Source: Barthelona sp. PAP020 (lineage: Eukaryota). From it: a DNA stretch of 64,000 nt. Shown here piece by piece: positions 30,005 to 39,200 of this stretch; position 1 is the stretch's first letter; each line of letters starts with the position of its first letter. Location: NCBI GenBank assembly GCA_040182905.1, contig JARQWU010000022.1:1-64000 (forward strand), written 5' to 3'. The notes beneath the pieces were generated by a model. It did not search any database. It had not been told where the DNA came from and was given only the letters and a program-made list of their open reading frames with translations. Both the position numbers and the translations under genes were made by a program.

Positions 30005-32917
30005 ATGAACCTTTGTTTTAATGGGCTTATTATTTTATTTATATGTTTTCAAATTGTTTTTTCAACAAATTGTTTGAATATTTTAAAAATTTATGGTGAT
30101 GAGAAACCTGTTGTCTCAACCTTTTTAACCGAGGACAGAATGTACTTGGGAAGTTGTCATTCTGATGGTACAATCAATTTCTATCATCGTCATGCATATC
30201 CTGAATCTTATCCTGATTGTCCTTATTTGTATTATGGATCATATCGTCCAGATTATACTGGGAATCGTACTTTATTACAATGTTCATTGAATGATACTAA
30301 TGTGATACAAACATATTTTGATCCATTAAAGAATTCAATTTTTGTTGATTTGGTTATTCATTTTGAGTTGGTGAATTTTGACCATTTAAATACACATTCT
30401 AAAGAGTTTTCTGAATTAAATAATGGAGATATTATGTTTTTATTCAATTTTTATATGCCCTTTTCGATGGAACCATATAATGATATTTGGGGACCTAATA
30501 CTCTTTCTTCGATACCTAAATCATTACAATTATCATATGACAAGATTAATTATCAATTACCTCCATTATTTCCTTGTTTGCCGAAAGAAATTCCAAGTTG
30601 CATCTTTAGTGAAGGCACTGCTGTTAGTTTTTCAAGAGGACGACAATTAGTTACTTTAACAATCGGAAATGATGACTTTTCTTTGTCTTTATGGCCAGAA
30701 ACATGTGACAATCCTTTATATTTGGGAAACGGGTTGTATATCACAAAAAAATCGAATGAAATTGATTCTTTAAAAATATTCAGTTGTGAAGAACATTATT
30801 GCCATTATTGTCAAACAAATCATTCTTCAGAAATTAAAGGAAATCCAGGAATTTCCTCATTTAATGCCATTAAGCATTATGATGGTAGATATGAAGGTGT
30901 TTTATTGATAACCACTTCAAAACAAATATATGTTTTACAACATAATCGTACAATCAAATTGAATGGTGATATAGACATTCAAAATGCAACTTTTGTCACA
31001 TTATCCTTTGATAATGATTTGTTAATCATTGGAGATTCAAATAAAGATGTTCATTTATTCATAAATTATGAATACTACAATACTATTGATGATTTTGATG
31101 TTGAATCTATTCAAATATTTGGATTTCACCAATATTATTTGTTACTTCAACAATTTTCAAACAGTAGTGATTTTAAAAGAACAAAACCAAAAATGTTATT
31201 GGACACTTTTGCCACTGGAATTGTAAGGCCAACTGCCAATCTTTATCAAGAGAGAATGGCTTGGCATGATCCTATTTCTCCAGATCTAGCATTTCAAAAA
31301 GGGTATTTATTAGAATTTGTAATTTTTGCTTGCAGTTTATTCATATTTTTATATTCTGTATTGTTTAAAAGTTTTATTGGAAAAAAAACTAAGAATCATT
31401 TTCTTATTCCTTTGAATATTAATCAAAAATGGTCAAGTCGTTTATTTCTTTTATTTTTATTGGTTAAAACATTGTTTTCCATTTACTGTATTGAAATGGA
31501 ACCAGAATATACTAATGATTTACCTTCACATTTACGTTTCATTAAAATTTTACAATGGTCTCACACAAATGATTATGGGGAATTGCAAAGTTATCATGGA
31601 CCATGCGTGTATCCAGGGTTTTTCATATTTTTTTATCGTTTTTTCGCTGAATTATTCAGATATTCCTTGAAAGGGTTTCAATATTTATGGATGTTGATGG
31701 AAATTTTGATGAATGTCAGTGTTTTTAATTTAGCTAATCAGTATTTTCATTTACATGCGATTTCATGGTTTTTACCTTTGATTTCCGGACGTTTACATCT
31801 TTATAATATACAAGTTGTGACAAATGAATTACCAGTTCAATTATTGTTGATATTAGGAATTATGAATTTTGTTTCATGGTTGAGTCAACCTCCTCATCAA
31901 ACATTAAGATTATTGGTTTCTATTGTTTGTTTTACACTTGCTTGTAATATGAAATTAAATGCGTATTTTATCACCCCAGCGGTTATTTTTATTGTTGTTT
32001 TACGTAGGCTAAGATTTAAAGATTCAAATAAGGTTAGAAGATTAGCTTCTTTAGTCTTCATTTTGTTACAATGTGCCTTTATTTATCTTGCCATCACATA
32101 TTTATGTTATTTACCTTTCAAAAGCAATACACTTAATTATTTTAAGCAATCTTTTGAGTTGACAAGAACTTTTTTATGGGAAAAAACAAGAGTTTGGAAA
32201 TTTGTTAAATTTCAAGAATATTCAAAAGGATTGCCTGAATATTTGAGATTTATTTCAATAATAATGGCTTTTTCTAATTTATGGATTTTTTTTCAAAATA
32301 CAAAAAACATTAGTCCATTATCAGGGTTGAGAATGTTATTATTCTTTCCTTTTATTTTTGTTTCTTTGGCTCATGGATTGTTTACTCCTTTTTGTTCTTG
32401 GTTTATGCATACTTTACCAATGTTATTGGCATGTCATAATTGGCCAATAGATTTAACTATCATTTTAATTTTGTTTATTGAAACTAATTTTAGACATCAT
32501 GGTGAACAATATTTTGAAGATGTGAAGTCGTCAATATATGTTACTGCTTGTTTTGTTTCTATTACTTTGTTATTAACTATTTTTAATAAGTATCATTTGC
32601 AAAGAAGAAGAAAAATGTACATCAGATTGTTAAAACCAAATCCAATTCTTGCAATTTTTGGTTTTTTGATTTGTTTTTATTCTATTATCATTTTGACACC
32701 AATAACCGATATTAAAACACAACCTTTGTTTTTGTTAGGGATTGGGTTTTCTTTTTTAAGTGTTCTATTTGGTAAACCAATGAAAGAAACAGAATTTTTC
32801 AATCAAGCTTCTGTTGAAGATAATGATCTGGATGAAAATGTCAATGAAAGATCAAATACACCTGAAATTGAAATGGATGATGTTAAAACTCCAGTTATTG
32901 TTGACAATGAAGACTAA
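30005..32917 (+). CDS. ALG3-like Dol-P-Man-dependent mannosyltransferase (GT-C) with a large extra N-terminal luminal/extracellular domain
   Basis: The C-terminal half aligns by eye with ALG3 motifs (DYGELQSYHGPCVYP, LACNMKLN, YFKQSFELTRTFL, WFMHTLPMLL). It is preceded by a signal peptide and about 400 aa of soluble sequence. Confidence 0.8.
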   Translation: MNLCFNGLIILFICFQIVFSTNCLNILKIYGDEKPVVSTFLTEDRMYLGSCHSDGTINFYHRHAYPESYPDCPYLYYGSYRPDYTGNRTLLQCSLNDTNVIQTYFDPLKNSIFVDLVIHFELVNFDHLNTHSKEFSELNNGDIMFLFNFYMPFSMEPYNDIWGPNTLSSIPKSLQLSYDKINYQLPPLFPCLPKEIPSCIFSEGTAVSFSRGRQLVTLTIGNDDFSLSLWPETCDNPLYLGNGLYITKKSNEIDSLKIFSCEEHYCHYCQTNHSSEIKGNPGISSFNAIKHYDGRYEGVLLITTSKQIYVLQHNRTIKLNGDIDIQNATFVTLSFDNDLLIIGDSNKDVHLFINYEYYNTIDDFDVESIQIFGFHQYYLLLQQFSNSSDFKRTKPKMLLDTFATGIVRPTANLYQERMAWHDPISPDLAFQKGYLLEFVIFACSLFIFLYSVLFKSFIGKKTKNHFLIPLNINQKWSSRLFLLFLLVKTLFSIYCIEMEPEYTNDLPSHLRFIKILQWSHTNDYGELQSYHGPCVYPGFFIFFYRFFAELFRYSLKGFQYLWMLMEILMNVSVFNLANQYFHLHAISWFLPLISGRLHLYNIQVVTNELPVQLLLILGIMNFVSWLSQPPHQTLRLLVSIVCFTLACNMKLNAYFITPAVIFIVVLRRLRFKDSNKVRRLASLVFILLQCAFIYLAITYLCYLPFKSNTLNYFKQSFELTRTFLWEKTRVWKFVKFQEYSKGLPEYLRFISIIMAFSNLWIFFQNTKNISPLSGLRMLLFFPFIFVSLAHGLFTPFCSWFMHTLPMLLACHNWPIDLTIILILFIETNFRHHGEQYFEDVKSSIYVTACFVSITLLLTIFNKYHLQRRRKMYIRLLKPNPILAIFGFLICFYSIIILTPITDIKTQPLFLLGIGFSFLSVLFGKPMKETEFFNQASVEDNDLDENVNERSNTPEIEMDDVKTPVIVDNED

Positions 32918-33362
32918 ATACTACTTTCATTGTTGTTTTCACATTTACTTTCATTTTCTTTTTTGAAGAGAGATTATTGTGAAGTTGATAATCTTTGAAA
33001 CAACAGATAACTTATGATTTTAAAAGTATGTTGAATCATTTTTGTTTTTATATAAATTTTTGTGGTGATTTTTTAATTTTTATTTATGGTTTTTTTGAAG
33101 TGCAAATAATTCAAGAAATAAAAAAATTAAATTTAAAATTTCATCAAAAAGACCAAAAACAAATCAAAAGATTTCTTTCTCAATCTCCCTTTGTGACTCC
33201 CTAATTTTTTCAGCCATCTTTTTTCATGTATATAAAAGAATAATAATTTCATGCTGTTTTTATCATTACAATTGACAAACCATTCATTCAAAAAAAAAAA
33301 GTTCCACCTTCATTTCTTAATTTTTTTTCTTTCCCTCATCTTTTTTTTTCGCAATTTATTAG

Positions 33363-34083
33363 ATGGATAATAGTGAATACTCAGAAATAGAACAAGACTA
33401 TGTTTTTAAAAGTATTAAGTGTGTATCAAAAAAATTTATTCAATTTTTCCTTCCTTTTGTGTGTTTTTTCTAATAATGTAGTTGTGTTAATTGGTGAACC
33501 TGCGGTTGGAAAATCGAATATTCTTTCCCGTTTCACTCAGAATACTTTTTGTAAGGAAACTCGTCCAACAATTGGTGTGGAATTTGCAACTCGTGTTGTT
33601 GAAATCGATGGTAAATCAATTTGTGGTCAAGTTTGGGATACAGCTGGTCAAGATCAATATAGAGCAATTGTTAGTGCATTTTATAGAGGAGCTTTAGGAG
33701 CTTTTATTGTTTATGATATTACAAGAAGACATTCTTTTGAATCTATAAAGAAATGGATTGAAGAATTAAATCAGTATGCAGCTCCTTCAGTTAAAGTTTT
33801 GTTAGTTGGAAATAAAGTTGATATGAATTATGCAAGAGCTGTAAAAGCTGAAGAAGGTATGGCTTTAGCTAATTCTGGTGGTTATGATTTCCTAGAAACT
33901 TCTGCAAAAGATGATATTAATATTTACGAAGCTTTTTATTCCCTTATGACAAAGATTTATGAAAGTAACAAAGATGTTGATGTGGATGATGATAATAAAG
34001 ATGATGAGCCTATGGTTTTACCTGATGGTGTTGATTTATCAAACAATAAAGATGAATCGGATGCTGATGGTTGTGCTTGTTGA
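33363..34083 (+). CDS. RAB11: Rab11-family small GTPase (exons 33363-33411 and 33482-34083)
   Basis: Splicing gives MDNSEYSEIEQDYVFKIVLIGEPAVGKS. Also TIGVEFAT, WDTAGQ, YRGALGA, NKVD, ETSAK and a C-terminal CxC prenylation motif. Confidence 0.9.
33412..33481 (+). other. Spliceosomal intron, 70 nt, phase 1 (Rab11)
   Basis: GTATTAAG...TTCTAATAATGTAG. Removal restores the conserved Rab YxFKIVLIG motif. Confidence 0.92.
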
Positions 34084-34135
34084 TTTGTAATAAATGGTTT
34101 ATGTTTTTTTTTTCTTTTTTTCAAAGAATCTGCAG

Positions 34136-35258
34136 ATGGTATTTACTTCAGCGGTTCTCCAGGCATATATTGATTCACAAGCCAAACAAGAAACTGAAGG
34201 TATTGTTTTCGTCCATATTTTTACCACTAACAAAAATAGAATTTGTAGATGAGCATACTCATAATTATTTCATTGGTTTGCCATCTAGTGGTAAAACTTC
34301 TATTATTCGATCAATTTTAGAAGGGACTATTCCGAAAGAAGTTAAACCCAGTTGTGTGTTAGAATATTATAATGGTAGAAAAGTGTTAGGTGCTGCAAAG
34401 AAAGCCATAATAGCTCATTTTTGGGAAATTGGGGGAGGTATTCAGCATTTGAATGTTTTAAATGAAAGTCTAAATGTAGATGAATTAGATTCGACCAATA
34501 TTTATTTAATTGTATCGTTACAACAAGTATTTCACTCTTTTGAAACTTTAGTCAAGGCTATAACGGTTATTAAACAAATTTTACATGAAAAAACTAAAGG
34601 AATGGGAGTTGATTCCAGACAACAATTGGAACTGAACAATGAAACAAAAATATGTCCTTGTATTTGTAAATTGCATATTATTTGTACTCATTTTGAAGAG
34701 TTTGATGGTATTACTGGTAATCCAAGAAGATCGGTGGTCAGATCCCTGAGAACTTTAGCATATACTGAAGATGCCTCTTTATATTTTGTTGATGTTACAA
34801 ATAAATCAGAGTCGTTGAAACGATTTCTCAATCATTCAAGGACGCTTTCTTTCAAACTTCCAATGCACAAAGATCCTTGTGAATTGTCTGACGTTGCTGC
34901 TATTTTTGTTAGAAATAGTGAAGATGATTTTTCTGATATTGGACAGATGCCTGCGTCTAAACCACACAATTCAATTTTACCATGGAATCCATTCATTTTG
35001 GGATGGATGGAGACCTTAAAAAATGATTTTCCCGTTGAGGAATCCAATCCAGCAGAACAACAGGCTCCTACAGTTTCAAAAAAATATGATGAACCTTTGA
35101 TTGATTTGGAGCATAACACAAGAATGGAAAGCTTGGAGAAGATTCAAATTATTGATGATGAGAAAGATGAAGCGGAATTCAATTCTTTGTTGGATTCTTT
35201 AAAAATTCCAAAAGATTCAAACAAAAAGAAAAAGGACAAAAAATCAAGACGCCGTTGA
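34136..35258 (+). CDS. DYNC2LI1: Cytoplasmic dynein-2 light intermediate chain (D1bLIC) (exons 34136-34199 and 34240-35258)
   Basis: P-loop GLPSSGKTS, PSCVLEYYNGRK and AHFWEIGGG. Splicing supplies an ATG start (MVFTSAVLQAY...ETEEFVDEH). Confidence 0.88.
34200..34239 (+). other. Spliceosomal intron, 40 nt, phase 1 (DYNC2LI1)
   Basis: GTATTG...CACTAACAAAAATAG. Joins the T-tract-preceded ATG at 34136 to the main frame. Confidence 0.85.
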
Positions 35259-35321
35259 AATATTTAATGATAAATGTACAAAAAACTTTGTGTTTGGCAA
35301 GATTTTTTTTTTGATAGTATC

Positions 35322-35831
35322 ATGTTTATTCCTCATTTTTGTGTGGCAATATGGTGTTCATTCTTATTAAAAGATCCAAATTATCTTGCTTTGATGATAT
35401 GTTGTATGATACCTGATATAATATTTTTTCCTTCAAATTTTACTTCGAATGTAACATTTAATTATTATATGTTGGGTATTTCCCATGGATTAGTAACAAA
35501 TTTTATATTTTTTATAATTATTTGCTTTATTTTATCAAAAAAAATCAAAAAAACCTTTTTAACATCTTTTGTAACAGCCCTGCAAGTACTTATTCATTGG
35601 GTTTTAGATTGTTGGAGTTTTCCAAGCATTTGGTTTGCGATGTCTGTGAACGGAATGCCAATATTTTTACATCAAAATCTTTTATTCAGAGGTTTTTTGT
35701 ATAATACACTTACAAAAGTACTTATTTCTGAAATTATTGGAGTTTTGGGTGTTATAGTTGCTATTATTCTCATTATTCGTAATCGTAAAAATACATCATC
35801 ATTTAAGGGCGAAATGACAGTCATTAAATGA
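35322..35831 (+). CDS. Putative membrane-bound metal-dependent hydrolase (bacterial YdjM-like)
   Basis: The ATG at 35322 follows a T-tract. Motif series MFIPHF...IPD...SHGL...HWVLD lies within hydrophobic helices. Confidence 0.65.
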   Translation: MFIPHFCVAIWCSFLLKDPNYLALMICCMIPDIIFFPSNFTSNVTFNYYMLGISHGLVTNFIFFIIICFILSKKIKKTFLTSFVTALQVLIHWVLDCWSFPSIWFAMSVNGMPIFLHQNLLFRGFLYNTLTKVLISEIIGVLGVIVAIILIIRNRKNTSSFKGEMTVIK

Positions 35832-36213
35832 AAATCATTGATTATTTATCAAAGAACTTTGACAAGAGAATTTTTTCATCCAATTCTGTGTGTTTTCTCA
35901 GTTTTCATCCCTTTGTGAGTGTTTGGATTAACTATTTTTGCAAATGTTTCAAGTTTGAAACAGTATCCATTGATTAGTTAGTAATAGGAAGCTGCAATCT
36001 TCATTCATGTAAAGAATACTCTTTTGTAATTTTTATTTTTTTCACAATTTGTTTTTACAAAGGTCTGTTTAATTCTTTTCAATGATTTGATAAAAATAAA
36101 AACAAATCACTTTTATCAACTTGCAAGTTCTCAAAAAAAAAAAAAACTTTGTACATTTACCCTTCATTCAATTTTTTTTTTTAAAAAAAAGATCTCTTTC
36201 AATAATCCCTTGT

Positions 36214-39200
36214 TTAACCAAAACTAGGGAAAGTTCTTTTTCTCAATCTGTCCAATTCTAATTTTAAGAATTCAATTTCCTCAGTTTGTTCTTTGACTAA
36301 TTGAACTATTTTAGCTCTTTTAACCACCATATCCAAACCACTAGTCTTATTTAAAGCTTCATTATCTCGAACAAACAATTCATTTTCAGCTCTGCCAGTA
36401 ATCTCCATTTGAACTTTAGGAGGAACTAAGATTCTTCTCTCTTCTACAGCATGATTCAAAACCTCAATTTCCTCAATGATTTTTAGGTTGTTTTTGTTGA
36501 TTTTTGCCCATTTTTGTTCATATTTATCACATTTATTTTTGTATTCAATAATTCTCTTTTCATGTGTTGCAACTGAATGCTCTAACCTACTCTTGATACT
36601 GTCAATTTCATCTTTTTGTTTTCTTTCAACATCATCATCTCTTAACATATCTTGCATGTGTCTGGTAACCCTTAATAATTGGAAATCTTTTGTCTCTTGT
36701 TGAATGTCTTCAATTTCCATTTCAAATTTCTTTATCAACCATTGATATCCACCAACACTTCTTCTATTTTCCATTATCTCTTTCAAAACATTATATACTT
36801 TATGAGCTGCCAAAACAACTTTGGTGTTTAAGTTCAACATCAAATCTCTATTTAACAATGTGATATTCTCATTTTCATGAATCAAATCAACAAAAAGATC
36901 CTTGGATACTTTACTGGTTACTTGATCATTCAAGTTTTCAGTAGCTCTTTTTCTAAATACATCTCTTAATCTATCAGACATTTCCAGAGTTTCTTTCACA
37001 TCAAAATCAAGAGTTTCAATCAAAGTAGATAATTTCTCAGTGTCCATTGTTTCAACATCTCCAAAAATATTCGGCAGAACAACATCATCATTTTCCAAAG
37101 TGAATATCTCAGAAAATCTTGCTGGACTTGAAATTTCAGATTGACCCTGCTGTAATCTTAATAAAACAGATAGATTCTGTTCTTCCATTGTTAATTGCTT
37201 TTGAATTCCCAAAATTTGGCTGTGTAAATCAAATGAGATGTTCTTTATGTTTTCTTGAATTTTTTCCAACTCAACAATAGTGTCTTTACGTAAAGCGATT
37301 AATTTTTCGCTCCAAGCAATGCTCAATTCAGTAAAATTTTTGTTGTTTCTATGAATTCTCAATTTTTCCCAACTTTCTTCATTGATTTCATCAGGTCTCA
37401 TAATATGCATATCATCTTCAAATGTTAAAGAAGTGAAGTAATCACATAATAACTCAAAATCATCAGATAATTTTGGTTCATAAACACCAAACGAATTGAT
37501 AGTCGAAATTTGTTTTACCAAGTCTTTATCTATAGGATTCAAAACAAAATCTTCCTTCATCAATTGACTCTTGATATTTTTAAACTTTTTGCCAATGCTC
37601 TTCCAATATACTATCAATGCTTGAGGGAATTGACCTTCAAAACTGGCTTTAAAATCACGTAAATGAGTTTTATCTTGGGATAACAAATTCATTCGTAGAT
37701 TATTTGCTTGTTCCAAACTTTGATGGAACTCCTCAATCCTGTGGTCCAAATCAGGATACAGTATTTTCACAAGACGCTCATTTTGAACATATTGTTCAAT
37801 ATTCTTCTTCAAAATTAAAATGTTATAATTCTTTAAATTCAACGTAATGATCATCAATTCGAAGACATTGATCATGTCATAGACTTTATTTCTTAATTCA
37901 CCAAGATGGAACATTTTATTGCCAAAATTCTCAATAATTGAAGCATTTGAAGCAACTAAACTTCTTAACTCAGCTTCAATTTGCTTCAATTTCTTTTCTT
38001 GTTGTTCTTTAATACCTTCTAACTTACTTTCATATTCTTCTGCTTCTTTGATTTGACTTTCATTCCATTTAGCCTTTTCAACAGTGTTATAAAAGTCAGG
38101 CACAGCTAATTCTTTTAAAATCATTTTGTCATTTGACAACTTCTTTCCATCCAACATTTCATTCAATGCATTTTTCATTCTTAAAGTCTTTTCATCATTT
38201 AACATTCGTGCCTTCATTTCATTTTCAAAAGAAATACGTTTTTTCTCTTGTTCTGTCAATATTTTGGGATATTTAATTTCAGCATCATCAACATTCATAT
38301 AATATTCAAATGACAATTCTGGTATCACATTAACTGAAGTATTTGTAATTAATTCAGATGTATCTTTTCCCAATTCATTAGCTAACTCGATAATTTTACC
38401 ATTATTAGTTTCAATGATTTCCAAATTGGATTTTTTCTCTTTATTCATTTTCTCAAATAGTTCATTGAATCTGAAAATAATACTTCTACATTCTCTTTTT
38501 AATAATCTTGCCTGTAAATAACGTCTAAACTTACTTGTCAATTCAATATCATTATAAAATAAAGTTTGAGTCATATTTCCTGCTTCATTGGGTAATATCT
38601 TTGCTTTAACGCTTAAATCTAATTTTCTAAGATTGACTAATCTTTCTTCGAATTTTTTATCAATAGCAGTCATCTTATTCAAAGCAAAATTATGAGTAAC
38701 AACACTTTTTTTCTTATCAATACTATTTAAAGCAAATTTCTTTTGTTCCAATGTATGTATGAAATTTTCAACAAGTCTTTCCCTCAATAATTTTCTTTGA
38801 TTCTTTAACACTTGATAATCTTGACTCAACTTAAGAATCTGTTGTTTTTCATCATCTATCAACCTTCTTTCCAACTGCAGATCAATAACAAACTCAAATT
38901 CTTGTAATTTTTCTTCATCATCCAATTCATTGTTCTCAATGATTAAGTCTCCCAAACGACCAGTCAATTCTACCAATTTTTCCATTGTTTCTTCACGAAT
39001 TGCAGCATCAATATTCAGTTGTTCCAATTCTTTGCTATTCAATGCAATTTCAAACAATGTTTCTTTATAAATAACAACCTCCGAATGATTTAACAAACGA
39101 GATGATAAATCACTCTTGGCAACATTTGAATATGTAACCCCAAATTCTTTCATCAACTCTTCAATCGACCATAACATAATTTCACCATTAAAGCCTCCAG

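Noticed and set aside
33400..34135. ORF-track starts at 33400 and 34071 (also 26341, 35274, 41704, 50476, 50605, 60339)
   Set aside because: These N-terminal extensions translate intron or T-tract spacer sequence (Phe-rich), often from TTG/GTG. Better ATGs or spliced first exons exist.
36118..36129. 12-bp palindrome AACTTGCAAGTT
   Set aside because: Isolated, and plausible by chance in 64 kb of AT-rich DNA.
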